Shown: positions 36,379 to 46,633 of the stretch, piece by piece | Numbering within the stretch: position 1 is the first letter of the stretch | How the letters are laid out: each line of letters opens with the position of its first letter | Source of the DNA: an uncultured virus (IMG/VR IMGVR_UViG_3300033175_000002) | Lineage: Duplodnaviria; Heunggongvirae; Uroviricota; Caudoviricetes | Length of the DNA stretch: 64,000 bases | Strand: one strand, 5' to 3' | Virus record (IMG/VR): IMGVR_UViG_3300033175_000002 | Translations under genes and position numbers: made by a program | Notes under the pieces: generated by a model | Seen by the model: only the letters and a program-made list of their open reading frames with translations | What the model was told of the DNA's origin: nothing | The model's database searches: none

Positions 36379-38112
36379 GTGGGGGAGGCGATCGATCTCA
36401 TGGTGGATATGCTGGTTCTGGCTGATCGAACTCTGCCGAGCCCCTGGACTAAAGTTACGTCTGCCGACGGGAACTACGTCCGATGCGCCGCGTCAGGCTG
36501 CTGGGGTACCGGCGGCGATTCCACCCACCGTCATCTATCAGTCCCAACATATTCCGAGAGCCCGGGTACGTCCGCTGCTCAATCCGGGACTGGGGCGACT
36601 CGCCTCGTCGTCCACAATCATCTGATATCTGCGACTTATTCGGGGGATTCGAGCAACGATCCCCTTTATTACACCCTGGCTCTGTGGAAAATCGACTACG
36701 ATACCTGGCACAACGATAAGGCGATGCCCGAGGGTGTCGTCGTTCTATCCTACTCCTCGATATCCTCAAGCGGTTGGACTCGATGGTCTGCCGGCGACGG
36801 GAGACTGATCAAGCTGGGGTTTCCGGGGGGCTCCGGTGGCAGATCTACCCACACCAACCATTCGCTATCGGCGACCCTCAATGACTCCTCCGCGGGCGCG
36901 GAAGTGAAGTCCGGGTTCGGTGCGTTTTTCGGTCTGGTCGAAGACCACCCCCATTCGACCGTAACTATTAGCACCGTTTCCTCCGCGTCTCTGTTTCCTA
37001 GCCTCGTCAAAACCCGGTTCTACCTCGTCGATGACGATATAGACGAGATACCCGCGGGTATCGTGGTATTTTTTGACGGTACTCCCCGGAACCACTGGGA
37101 GCTGCTGAGCGATTGGTCGGGGAAGTTTCCGATGAGTGCGAACTCGTCCCCGGATCTAGTCTCCGGGGACCACAATCACCCGAACAATTCCGTCTCTTCA
37201 AATTATGCTTCGATGAATGGTGGGGCGGTTCAATCCGGATCTGGCGCGGCATGCGTAGCCGGTGCTCACCTCCACGCCAACTACGTTACCCTCGGTGATA
37301 CCGAAGCGGTGCCCCCGTTCGTACATCTCATACCGTATCGTCTGGTGTCCACCCAACCGCTAGGGGCGCCGCCACCCGAAGAAAATTCAAAAACCTGGTC
37401 AATCGATGCGGTTATGAAGGTTGCCCGGGCCGCGTCATGGAGCTCATCCGGGCGGCTGCTGAAGGGAATCGAGAAGACCGTCCCGGGATCGGTTGCTCTG
37501 CTGAAGGCGGTCGATGAGGCCGTCCCGGGAACGGTTGCTCTGCTGAAGGCGGTCGATGAGGCCGTCCCGGGAACGGTTGCTCTGCTGAAGGCGGTCGATG
37601 AGGCCGTCCCGGGAACGGTTGCTCTGCTGAGGACCGAATCGGTAGCGACCGACCTGACCGGGCGTTTTCTCCGAGTGGGGGAGGTTCCGTTCGGAGTCGA
37701 TGCCGCCCTCCAACTGCAGGACGTGGTCGCTGAGGCAGAGGTCGGGGTTCTGGTCCGCTACGTCTGGGCGGGGGGGCTTGATGTATCGGTGTTCCTCGCT
37801 CGATCCCGGGCGGTCGGAACTTTGCTCCAGAGCGCTTTCTCGTGTGGTTCCGGGGCGCCGTGCAGGATTTCGGTATCGTTCGCCCGCGACTATCCCCGGC
37901 CGAGGATGCCCTTCGTTCGAGAGACCCTGAGACCTGCCCCCTCTGGAGGACGTCCGGCCGACCCGGTCCGATGGGATCGGGAGGGGGAGAGGGCCCCGCT
38001 CGTTCGAGAGACCCTGGAGCCCGTTCCGACTGGAGACCGGCCTTCTGATCCGATCGACTGGGGCGCGATCGAACTGAAAGGCCGAGAGAAGGTCGTCCGG
38101 CGGTGGTACTAG
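36379..38112 (+). CDS. Fibre-like protein A (HxH-motif head, 14-residue repeat shaft)
   Basis: THRH, HNH, HPH, HLH motifs; N-terminus paralogous to 39933 ORF. Confidence 0.65.
   Translation: MGEAIDLMVDMLVLADRTLPSPWTKVTSADGNYVRCAASGCWGTGGDSTHRHLSVPTYSESPGTSAAQSGTGATRLVVHNHLISATYSGDSSNDPLYYTLALWKIDYDTWHNDKAMPEGVVVLSYSSISSSGWTRWSAGDGRLIKLGFPGGSGGRSTHTNHSLSATLNDSSAGAEVKSGFGAFFGLVEDHPHSTVTISTVSSASLFPSLVKTRFYLVDDDIDEIPAGIVVFFDGTPRNHWELLSDWSGKFPMSANSSPDLVSGDHNHPNNSVSSNYASMNGGAVQSGSGAACVAGAHLHANYVTLGDTEAVPPFVHLIPYRLVSTQPLGAPPPEENSKTWSIDAVMKVARAASWSSSGRLLKGIEKTVPGSVALLKAVDEAVPGTVALLKAVDEAVPGTVALLKAVDEAVPGTVALLRTESVATDLTGRFLRVGEVPFGVDAALQLQDVVAEAEVGVLVRYVWAGGLDVSVFLARSRAVGTLLQSAFSCGSGAPCRISVSFARDYPRPRMPFVRETLRPAPSGGRPADPVRWDREGERAPLVRETLEPVPTGDRPSDPIDWGAIELKGREKVVRRWY
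37456..37630 (+). repeat. 42-bp coding tandem repeat (three identical units plus partial/degenerate flanks)
   Basis: Unit CGGTTGCTCTGCTGAAGGCGGTCGATGAGGCCGTCCCGGGAA encoding KAVDEAVPGTVALL. Confidence 0.95.
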
Positions 38113-38114
38113 TC

Positions 38115-38543
38115 ATGACTGGAGACATAGCCCAAGAAATGGACCGGCTCGGGACCAAGCTCGAAACTGAGGTCGTGGCCCGGATCCGGTCGGGGGTACC
38201 TCCCCCGAACGCGCCGTCTACGATCAAGAAAAAAAAGTCGACGACTACGTTGATCGATGAGGGTGACCTGATCGGAAGCGTAACCCATCAGCTGAGCATC
38301 GACCGGGACTTGGTCGAGCTGAAGGTAGGGATCTTCGACCCGGTGGTGGCGGAGACTGCCGCCTACAACGAGTTCGGCGTCCCGGGAAACATGGAGGGGA
38401 CCGACCCGTTGCCGGGCCAGAGGATCCCGACAAGATCGTTCCTGAGAGCTACGTTCGATGAGAGCGTAGACAAACTGCTCGCTGAGTTCGAAGATCGGGT
38501 CGCTGAACAGATCGAGACCGACTGGATCGGCCCGAAGGGCTGA
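38115..38543 (+). CDS. Neck / tail-completion protein
   Basis: PPNAPSTIKKK...LIDEGDLIGSVT...AYNEFG...IPTRSFLR. Confidence 0.8.
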   Translation: MTGDIAQEMDRLGTKLETEVVARIRSGVPPPNAPSTIKKKKSTTTLIDEGDLIGSVTHQLSIDRDLVELKVGIFDPVVAETAAYNEFGVPGNMEGTDPLPGQRIPTRSFLRATFDESVDKLLAEFEDRVAEQIETDWIGPKG

Positions 38544-38624
38544 TCTGAGAGACTGGGATGCGGGATCGTTTGGGGCGATTCCGTGTCCGACAACTGAAAG
38601 ATTAGTTTGGAGTGGGGGGAAAAA

Positions 38625-39200
38625 ATGGCTGCTACACTAGCTATCCAAGAAGGAAACGGGTCCGGGCCTACCTGGACTACGGTCACGCTCGGCCGGTTCT
38701 GTCTGGCTGACCTGTACAACCCTGGAGATCAGTACCCGTGCGTCGTGCCTGCGGGCGGGTTCAACTATAGCTACTGGAAACATTTCAGGCTGTACCTGTC
38801 CGGGAGTTTTACGAAAATCAACAACGTCCGGTTCTACACGTCGGGGAACATCAAGACCAACTGGGCCCTCGGGACTGGTGGGGCCATGCTGGTCTGCCGT
38901 CGGGATTCCGGGCCGAATGGTTGCCCGGCTGGAAACTACGCGCAGGCCCACGGGTCCCAGGGCGTCTCCGGAACGTACGTCAAGGACGAGACGAACGGTC
39001 ATGCCTACTACAAGGGCCAGACCGTCGATCCGACTGATGCGGACACCTACACCAGCGCGAACCCCTTGTTGATCGACAACAACGATTACGTTGCGGAGGG
39101 CGGGACTTATGCGGTCGTGCTCCAGCTCAAGTTCACCAGCGATGCAACCCAGGGGGAGAAACCGAACGAGTCACTGACGTTCCTGGTCGACGAGATCTGA
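38625..39200 (+). CDS. Probable virion structural protein
   Basis: Same GGAGTGGGGGG RBS as capsid/sheath/tube; beta-rich. Confidence 0.55.
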   Translation: MAATLAIQEGNGSGPTWTTVTLGRFCLADLYNPGDQYPCVVPAGGFNYSYWKHFRLYLSGSFTKINNVRFYTSGNIKTNWALGTGGAMLVCRRDSGPNGCPAGNYAQAHGSQGVSGTYVKDETNGHAYYKGQTVDPTDADTYTSANPLLIDNNDYVAEGGTYAVVLQLKFTSDATQGEKPNESLTFLVDEI

Positions 39201-39215
39201 GCAGGAGACTCCGAG

Positions 39216-39920
39216 ATGGACGATACCCGGCCCAACGACGGTTTGCATAACCACGTTTTGAAGTACTTTTGGACACGGGTCCTGGACGATGGGGTGGCCT
39301 GCGAAACTCAGTTCGACCTGGAGACTGGCGAGGAACGGGGCTGGACCCCGCCCCCTCCTCGTCCTCTTTCTCAGGTGGCATGGGTCCCGTTCTCGCCCGA
39401 GCTGGCGGAGAAGGTGACCTCCCTGGGTCAGCCCGCGGTATCTCTGCCGATACCACCGATCGTGATGGATCTCGACCCCAGGGCGAGATCGTACCGGGTC
39501 GAGATCCGGCCGACCATGTTCTGGGGGGCGACGTCGGGGTTCAGGGCCGACGAGGTGATCGGAGACCAACCGATATTCCATCGGTCCGCTGCTGTCCACC
39601 TGTCCGACTACTACCTCTGTTCCCGGTGCGGGACGGCGTTCACCTGGGACGGGACCGGGACGCTGGAGTGTCCTGAGTGCAAAACCCGTAACCAATGGTT
39701 CTGCTCTCGGTGCAAGTCGCTGAAGCTGAACCCGAAGTTCTACCCGAGAGGGGAGGTCCGTTGCCCTGACTGTGAAGTGGAGGGCGTACCACATGGTCTG
39801 TTGAAAATAAATAATCTGGTGCTGATGTCGTTCTCGTGGCTAGAGACGATCTACAACGTAGGTATCGAGGGTAAGTTCAAACTAAGTTTCGGTGAAGAAG
39901 AGATCCGGATCGAGCATTAG
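39216..39920 (+). CDS. Multi-zinc-ribbon protein
   Basis: Four CxxC pairs: CSRC, CPEC, CSRC, CPDC. Confidence 0.7.
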   Translation: MDDTRPNDGLHNHVLKYFWTRVLDDGVACETQFDLETGEERGWTPPPPRPLSQVAWVPFSPELAEKVTSLGQPAVSLPIPPIVMDLDPRARSYRVEIRPTMFWGATSGFRADEVIGDQPIFHRSAAVHLSDYYLCSRCGTAFTWDGTGTLECPECKTRNQWFCSRCKSLKLNPKFYPRGEVRCPDCEVEGVPHGLLKINNLVLMSFSWLETIYNVGIEGKFKLSFGEEEIRIEH

Positions 39921-39932
39921 AGGATCGTCATC

Positions 39933-42137
39933 ATGGCTTACATGTACGTTCTGGGAACCCATACGAGTCCGCCTAGCCCGTGGGAGGTCGTATCGACCTG
40001 GAACGGAAAATACCTGCGGACCTGCTCCTCAGTTTACGATTCGGGGACGGTCGCGGGGGCCTCCACCCACCGGCACAACATAACGGCCGGGACGAGCGGG
40101 CAGTGCGCTGAGACCCGGATCTCTACCAAATCTCCAATATACTACGCGCTAGCTAAACATAGTCATACCTGGACGACGAAACAGACCGGGATCTCGAACA
40201 ACGATCCCTCGTTCTACCAGCTCGTTCTGTGGAGGATCGACGTTTCGGTCTGGGAGACGTACCACCGCTGTTTCCCGGCGGGAGCAGTCTTAATCGGCCG
40301 GGGGGCGCTGACCTACTCCGGGCTGACCCGGATCTCTGCGCTTGACGGCCGGCTGATCAAGCTCGGTCCTGTGGGAGTGACCGGCGGTCGGGCCACCCAC
40401 GGGAACCATTCGGTCAACTTCAAGCTCGATGCGGCGTCCGGGGGGGTGGGGGGGGAGACTGGGATGACATCCCTAAGCGAGGACTTCGACAGCCATGATC
40501 ATACCATAGCCGCAACTGGGATTGACTCCGTGTCGGTTATGCCCGCCCGAGTTCAGACTCCCGTCTACGAGGTCACCGTATCGGAGACTGCTGGGGCACC
40601 GGTCAACACGGTTTGCTTTTTCGATGGTGTCCCGTCGTCCCGGTGGACTTCGCTTGGGGGAACCTGGGGCACCAGGTTCATCGAAGGGGCGAGTTCCGGG
40701 CCGACACTGGCCGGCACCGATTCCCATTCTCATCCGAACGCTTCAATCCAGTCCTCGAACCATTCCGGGATTACCGATTATTTCGTACCGCCCTCCGGCT
40801 CGGTGGTAGCTAGCTATCCTCACTCCCACCTGGCTGTGTTGATGTTCGAACAGGCTGATTGCGTGCCACCGCACGTGACGCTCTGCCCGTACTACCTGAA
40901 CGCGGAGGTCTCGAAGATCAACAAGGACCTGCCCAAGACCTTTCCGCTGTCGGTGGTCATGCAGCAGGTTCGGACGAAAACGTTCCCGGTGGGGGTCCGG
41001 ATGCAGACGGATGGATCCCAGTTCATCCAGGCTGATGCGGTCATTGCCGTCGAAAACCAGGAGGTGGACCTGACCGTCGACTCGGTCTTGGTGGAGGCTA
41101 ACGTTCCGGCCGAGTTCGAGACCGGGCTCCTCGCATCGGTCCGGTCCCGTGCTACGGTGATGGGGTCGGCTCTGCTGATTCCCGAGGGTGCCAGCTGCGG
41201 AATTTCTGTCTACCTGGCAAAACGGGTACAGGGGACCCCGCTCGTGCTCGACTCGATGCTGAAATCGTACGTCGACCAGTTCGACAAAGTTCAGATGCTC
41301 GTCCAGGGCATGGAGTGGGCGAACCGGCTCGATACGTCGACCGGGGCCGAGCTCGACCTGAAGTGGGGGCACGTGTTCGGGTTGTCTCGGTGGACTGGCG
41401 AGAGCGATGAGTCCTACCGGCTTCGAATCAAGACGTTCACCCTGGCGGCGACCGGATGCGGAGCAGCTCCGGCCGTCGAACAAATCCTGAACGAGCTCGT
41501 CGGGATGCCAGGGGTCTCTGACGTTCAAACACTCTGGCCCGGGGAGGTTCATATCAAGTTCTGTGAGCCCGATGCAATCCGGGCCGTTCTCGAAAAGGAG
41601 AGCCTGATCAGGGCGATGGTCGAGATGTCACTTGCTGCGGGGATCGATTACACCCTGTACCTCCCGATCCGAGATCTGGCAGTTTCGGCGGCGTTCCGAG
41701 GCCCTAGCCGAGAGCGGATCGAGGTCGATTCGCTGCTGGCCCGGCTCGACCGGACCTCGGAACTGGGGTCTACTGTGGGTCTGGTCGGGATGGTGGCCGA
41801 GGGGGCGGACGTCTCGGCCCTGCTGGTGAGGACCCCGCCCTTTCCCTTCCGGTCATCGGTCAGGCTGCTGAGACGAGCCGAGTCGTCGGTCGGGACGACC
41901 TCCCTGCTGAGACTGACCCGGACCGAGCAAGCCTCCGGGTCGGCAGTCTTGATGGCCCGGCGCGTGAAGACTGCTCAGGTCGGCTCTGCGATGAGAAGAG
42001 ACCGTCGGCCGGCGGGCTGTCCAGTGACTAGCGCTCTGAGGGTGCGTCGGAGAACTCAGCTAACGTTGCGGGCGAGACTGAGATCGACCTCGGCTTCGAC
42101 CGTTTCTCTGTCCGCTCTGGTGGTGGCCGCCTCATGA
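39933..42137 (+). CDS. Fibre-like protein B fused to baseplate wedge-like domain
   Basis: HxH-motif N-terminus; central LDTSTGAELDLKWGHVFGLSRWTGESDESYRLRIK (P2 gpI/Mu gp48-like pattern). Confidence 0.7.
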   Translation: MAYMYVLGTHTSPPSPWEVVSTWNGKYLRTCSSVYDSGTVAGASTHRHNITAGTSGQCAETRISTKSPIYYALAKHSHTWTTKQTGISNNDPSFYQLVLWRIDVSVWETYHRCFPAGAVLIGRGALTYSGLTRISALDGRLIKLGPVGVTGGRATHGNHSVNFKLDAASGGVGGETGMTSLSEDFDSHDHTIAATGIDSVSVMPARVQTPVYEVTVSETAGAPVNTVCFFDGVPSSRWTSLGGTWGTRFIEGASSGPTLAGTDSHSHPNASIQSSNHSGITDYFVPPSGSVVASYPHSHLAVLMFEQADCVPPHVTLCPYYLNAEVSKINKDLPKTFPLSVVMQQVRTKTFPVGVRMQTDGSQFIQADAVIAVENQEVDLTVDSVLVEANVPAEFETGLLASVRSRATVMGSALLIPEGASCGISVYLAKRVQGTPLVLDSMLKSYVDQFDKVQMLVQGMEWANRLDTSTGAELDLKWGHVFGLSRWTGESDESYRLRIKTFTLAATGCGAAPAVEQILNELVGMPGVSDVQTLWPGEVHIKFCEPDAIRAVLEKESLIRAMVEMSLAAGIDYTLYLPIRDLAVSAAFRGPSRERIEVDSLLARLDRTSELGSTVGLVGMVAEGADVSALLVRTPPFPFRSSVRLLRRAESSVGTTSLLRLTRTEQASGSAVLMARRVKTAQVGSAMRRDRRPAGCPVTSALRVRRRTQLTLRARLRSTSASTVSLSALVVAAS

Positions 42138-43675
42138 TGCCCCTCGTCGTCACCGTGCTCCCTGAAATGAACCGGGTCGTCGGGACGTTCGATCTGGATT
42201 CGTTCGAGTCGTGGTGGATCTCGGACCCGTTCCCGGGGTCAGTCGAGACCGTTCTCGATCTGGTCCGAGTCCACGGCGAGTACTATTTCGCGTTATGCCG
42301 GATGACTGACGGATCCTGGACGGTGTTTCGATCGAACAACTACGGCCGGAGCTGGTCCGAGATCTGGAACCATCCCCACGAGATTTTCGGGTTCATTTCG
42401 ATCGACTGGGGTTGGGTCGTGTTCCCGGCCGCTGACGGCTGGTACGAAACTACGACCACCGGAAACTCGATCCTGAAAAAGTCCGATGCGGGACCGGCGA
42501 GCCTGCCCGGGAAGGGGATGCCCGTCACCGAGGATAGGGTCCTGTACCATTCCGGGTCGAAGGTCTGGGCGACCGAAGATCGGGCCGAGAGCTGGGACCT
42601 GTCGTTCGATGGGACTTCGATCTGGTCCGGGGACTCCAGCCCTGCGATCGCCGGAGGGTACTCGCTGGTTCTCGCCGGGATCGGGCCGTACCTGCTGAGA
42701 TCCGAGACCCAGGGGGGGTCCTGGGAGGTGGCCCGAAAGCTGACCAACGACCGGATCATTCGAGAGATTTTGGCGATCAACCCGTCTGCGGGCGCCGCTG
42801 CCGAGTTCGTAGTCAAGGTCGAGCTCGTCGGGCAGGACAAGTTCCGCTACTACACCGTGACCGGCCGAGGAGAGGTCTGGACTCCCCGATGGGATCGGCT
42901 GTACTCGGCAGGGGTGACCCTGGCAGGGTACGAAAGCACCGTCCCGGTGGTCGGGGGGATGGACTACCTCCAGTTCGCCGGAGGGATGAAGTTCGACTCG
43001 GTCCTGGGGCGGCCCGTTCCGAGCCTGAAATTCTCGCGGAACGGGGTCGACTGGACTACGATCGACTTGGAGAAGACCCACACCTCCCCGACGACCCCGT
43101 TCCTGGTCAGCACTTACACCTGGAAGGTGATCACCGGGCCGCCCTGCCATCACACTTACGTCTACTATACCAGGTACCGGTGGGGCGTGAGCTGGTCGAT
43201 GAGGTTCACGGCCAGGAAAGAGTTCAAGCTGAGCTCGTTCGGGGCGCGAGCACTGGCTGTAGACTGGGTTCCCGAATCGCTAGACGGTTCGGTCCTGGTG
43301 AAAAAAGCGTTCCCGGTGCCAATGTCGATGAACGTCCCGATGCAGAAGGCTATTCCGGTTCTTTGGCACGTCCGACCATTCCTGCAGGGGACCGTACCCG
43401 AGGGGGTCGACTGTGATTCGATCCTCGTCCATCAGCAGACCGAGACGATCCCGGCCAGCTGTCGGGTCTGCAAGACCCTTCGGGTTGGTGCCCAGGGCCA
43501 CGTTGCGGTTCGGGGCAGATCGTCCCGGGGGGTCAGCGTCGGAGCGTTCTTCGTCCGGAGCTTGTTCGACTCGATGCTGGTCGACGCGGAGCACTACTTC
43601 CCGCAGTGGTGGAACCTCCACTGCCCGCCCCGGCCGTGGCGGGTATTCAACTCGAAAAAAGAGAGGTACGACTGA
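42134..43675 (+). CDS. Asp-box (BNR) beta-propeller receptor-binding-like protein
   Basis: RSNNYGRSW, ATEDRAESW, RSETQGGSW, SRNGVDW. Confidence 0.72.
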   Translation: MMPLVVTVLPEMNRVVGTFDLDSFESWWISDPFPGSVETVLDLVRVHGEYYFALCRMTDGSWTVFRSNNYGRSWSEIWNHPHEIFGFISIDWGWVVFPAADGWYETTTTGNSILKKSDAGPASLPGKGMPVTEDRVLYHSGSKVWATEDRAESWDLSFDGTSIWSGDSSPAIAGGYSLVLAGIGPYLLRSETQGGSWEVARKLTNDRIIREILAINPSAGAAAEFVVKVELVGQDKFRYYTVTGRGEVWTPRWDRLYSAGVTLAGYESTVPVVGGMDYLQFAGGMKFDSVLGRPVPSLKFSRNGVDWTTIDLEKTHTSPTTPFLVSTYTWKVITGPPCHHTYVYYTRYRWGVSWSMRFTARKEFKLSSFGARALAVDWVPESLDGSVLVKKAFPVPMSMNVPMQKAIPVLWHVRPFLQGTVPEGVDCDSILVHQQTETIPASCRVCKTLRVGAQGHVAVRGRSSRGVSVGAFFVRSLFDSMLVDAEHYFPQWWNLHCPPRPWRVFNSKKERYD

Positions 43676-44085
43676 TGACCCTCGAAGTCTCGATCAAAGC
43701 GGTCCGGGATGCGATCAATATTCCCGAGGTGGGGGAGCTGTCGGATGACGCTATCCAATCGGGGATCGATCGGGCCCGTCCGAAGGTGGCCACTCGACTC
43801 GGTGGAGGCGAGCCCGACGAACTCGTCTGGGCCGCCCAGGTCTCGACCGCCGCGTACCTGGTCGCCCTGACCTATGCGACCCGGTCCCATAACGTCCATC
43901 CTGGGGCCTATAATCCCACCTCGGGCCGATGGGAGCCCGTCGCGGGAGCTGAGGGGCGCGATTGGTCCCAGGTGCTAAATCATCTGAAAGGACTGATGGA
44001 CGATTACCTCGATGAGCTTACGCCGAAAGACGAGGCGCCGAAGCACGTCCGGTACCTCGCTTGCGGTCACTGGGGGAGAGGATAG
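43675..44085 (+). CDS. Probable head-tail adaptor
   Basis: SIKAVRDAI...LSDDAIQSGIDRA helical pattern; position. Confidence 0.6.
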   Translation: MTLEVSIKAVRDAINIPEVGELSDDAIQSGIDRARPKVATRLGGGEPDELVWAAQVSTAAYLVALTYATRSHNVHPGAYNPTSGRWEPVAGAEGRDWSQVLNHLKGLMDDYLDELTPKDEAPKHVRYLACGHWGRG

Positions 44086-44703
44086 ATGCCGTTCAGTCCG
44101 GCCCAGATCCAAAGGTTGTTCTCGTGGATCCCCAAAACGATCGGCGGGGTGACCTATCCGGCGGTTTGGTCGGATCAGTGGGCAGCGTCTCCGACGTACC
44201 CGGTGATCGTGCTTACCCTGGCGCCGACTGGCCGGACGATGGGGTTCGATTCGTTTCTCGGGACCGAACCGAACCAGGACGAGGAGGGAGAAGTCTACGA
44301 CGACCGGTGGGGGCATTACGAAAAGGCAACGGTTACGGTTGATTTTCAGACCGCGTCTCCGACCGAGAGAGATTCGTTCGGCCACCTGTTCGAAATCGAG
44401 GTGATCCGGTCGAGGTTCGATCTCGACTGGCAACAGGACAAGCTGAAGGTCCTCGACGTGCTTCTGAGCGGCGCGGCGCTGTCTTATCGTGACGCTCATG
44501 GGCGTGTTATATATAGGTCAGTGACAGACTTAGAAATCGAAGGCGAAATTAGCTGGATCGAGCAAGTTCCCGCGATAAAATCTTTTGAGGCCCTCGTCCA
44601 CGGTTCATCCAGCGAGAACGACCTAAGATACTTCATCTACGTGCCTGGTCGAGTCGGAGTTTCGGTTCGGCTCATTGGCCCGGCGCAGGAGAACTTAGGG
44701 TGA
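44086..44703 (+). CDS. Probable tail terminator/neck protein
   Basis: PTYPVIVL...YRSVTDLEI; position upstream of sheath. Confidence 0.6.
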   Translation: MPFSPAQIQRLFSWIPKTIGGVTYPAVWSDQWAASPTYPVIVLTLAPTGRTMGFDSFLGTEPNQDEEGEVYDDRWGHYEKATVTVDFQTASPTERDSFGHLFEIEVIRSRFDLDWQQDKLKVLDVLLSGAALSYRDAHGRVIYRSVTDLEIEGEISWIEQVPAIKSFEALVHGSSSENDLRYFIYVPGRVGVSVRLIGPAQENLG

Positions 44704-44977
44704 TCATCTTGCGCGTTCGGAGAATCGATGCTATGAGAAGGGGTCTCATCTCGAGAGATGAGTACCAGGCAGCCGTGTTGAAGGGGGCCGACCCTAAAGA
44801 GATCATCGAGGTCGAGGATCGGCCCGTCAAGCGGGCTGCCAAGAGCAGAGCTGCCTCGTCCGAGGGAGGGGTTCCTCGGGCGAGCAGGTCGGTGAAGATC
44901 GAGACCGGGATGGTCGTCGAGACCGTTCCGGCGTCCGACTGAGCCGAGCCAGATAACCGTCTGGAGTGGGGGGAAAC

Positions 44978-46615
44978 ATGTTCGAATACGGCAGTCAGTT
45001 TTCGTATGTAGGGCTGACTGTGGAGCTGAGGAGCGTCGGTAAGGTCCCGCTCATCATCGGTCGTGGCGTCGCTGCGATCGTGGGCGAGGCAGTCCGGGGG
45101 CCGGTCGGGGAGACCGTCCTCCTAGGGACCTCTGCCGATGCCCGTGCTCTGTTCCACAGCGGCCCGGTCTGCGACGGTTGCGAGATGCTGTTCGCCCAGG
45201 GGGTCGATGTCGTCGCCGCCACCAAGGTCGGCGGGACCGGGATCGCGACCGCTGAGGTCGAGGTCAAAACCGGAGCAGTGACGCTTGACCCGCCGGTCGT
45301 CGGCAAGTTCGTCGCCAGTAGCCCGGGGGCATGGGGAAACAGCATCCGGGGCGAGATCGCTGAGGGGAGCTACTCCTCTTACGAGGTGGGGAGCTTCATC
45401 GGGGACGGGACGGTCGGCCCGTACTACTTCGACAACTGGGACCTGGAGGAGGATACTTCCAACTTCCTTCTTGTCAGCGGGGTCTCCAAATCGATCGTCT
45501 ACAAAGACGAAGACCTGGAGACTGGAAAAGTCTTCTTCGATAAGAAGGCCGGATCGGTGACGTTCTACGATGGCCAAGGCCCGACCGCTGCCGACGTAGT
45601 CGACTACTCGACCAAGTACAAAACCCGGAAGGTGATCCTGACCGACGGCCGCAAGACCGAGCTGTACCCGGTATCGAGCTATATCAAGCTCCAGGCCGCG
45701 CTGTTGCGGTCCGGGATCGCCCGGTACGAACCCGAGCCCGGGGAGACCCATCTGCCAGACTGCGGGGTGTTTTGGCTGGCGGGTGGTGCTGAGGGGGCGT
45801 CGATTACGACCGATGATTGGAAAGATGCTCTAGCGTTGCTCCTGAAGCTGCCCGAGGGTGTCGTTCCGACTACGCTCGTGATATGTGACCACGAGGTCGC
45901 CGAAGAGACGAATGACCTGATCCCGATCCTCGACGGGTTCACTGTAGAGGCCGCGAACCGATTCGTACCGATGATCGGGTTCGTGGCAGCCAAGAAAAAT
46001 TCGACGATGGCGGATCTTCTGCGGCTGAAATCCAGCTACAACAACCCTCATCTGGTGATCGTCGGGAACGGCTGGGACGACTCCCAGCCTGAGCAGAACC
46101 TCGCCGTGGCTCGGGCCGGGACCGAGGCTGCTCTGAGCCTGGGCGATTCGGCGGCCGATATCAACAACGTGATCCACGACGCCAACAGCCTGCTAGTCCA
46201 GTTCACTCCCGAGGAGACGGACGTTCTCACGTACAATTCGGTGGACGTGATCGTCAAGGAGTGGGCAGGGATTAAGCCCTACGTCGGCGTGACGACTGCT
46301 GCGGATGACAACTTCCTCCGGTGCGTCGATATGAGGACTGTCGACCACTGCATGAACTCCCTGAACTACATCGCGAAACGGTTCTATCACCGGAGGCGAA
46401 CTCAGCAGACCCTCGCCGCCATGAAGGGTACCCTGGACTCATTTTTCGAGGAGCTGGTCAGACTCCAGGTTCTCGACGACTTCAAGGTCTCTATCAGGGC
46501 GAACCCGCTCGACCGGAACAAGATCGATATCGATCTGTGGATTCAGTGCGTCGGCCATATCGAGCGGATTCACACGGTCATGAGCGTCGGCTACTGGAGC
46601 GCGAGGATGGCTTAA
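44978..46615 (+). CDS. Contractile tail sheath protein
   Basis: AIVGEAVRGPVGE, ASSPGAWGNSI, LAGGAEG, DMRTVDH, IERIH. Confidence 0.9.
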   Translation: MFEYGSQFSYVGLTVELRSVGKVPLIIGRGVAAIVGEAVRGPVGETVLLGTSADARALFHSGPVCDGCEMLFAQGVDVVAATKVGGTGIATAEVEVKTGAVTLDPPVVGKFVASSPGAWGNSIRGEIAEGSYSSYEVGSFIGDGTVGPYYFDNWDLEEDTSNFLLVSGVSKSIVYKDEDLETGKVFFDKKAGSVTFYDGQGPTAADVVDYSTKYKTRKVILTDGRKTELYPVSSYIKLQAALLRSGIARYEPEPGETHLPDCGVFWLAGGAEGASITTDDWKDALALLLKLPEGVVPTTLVICDHEVAEETNDLIPILDGFTVEAANRFVPMIGFVAAKKNSTMADLLRLKSSYNNPHLVIVGNGWDDSQPEQNLAVARAGTEAALSLGDSAADINNVIHDANSLLVQFTPEETDVLTYNSVDVIVKEWAGIKPYVGVTTAADDNFLRCVDMRTVDHCMNSLNYIAKRFYHRRRTQQTLAAMKGTLDSFFEELVRLQVLDDFKVSIRANPLDRNKIDIDLWIQCVGHIERIHTVMSVGYWSARMA

Positions 46616-46633
46616 GGAGTGGGGGGGCAGATC

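Noticed and set aside
37456..37630. Possible CRISPR array
   Set aside because: Units are contiguous with no unique spacers and are in-frame coding repeats
36379..43675. Diversity-generating retroelement acting on fibre genes
   Set aside because: No reverse transcriptase and no adenine-specific TR/VR pair seen; paralogy is old and protein-level
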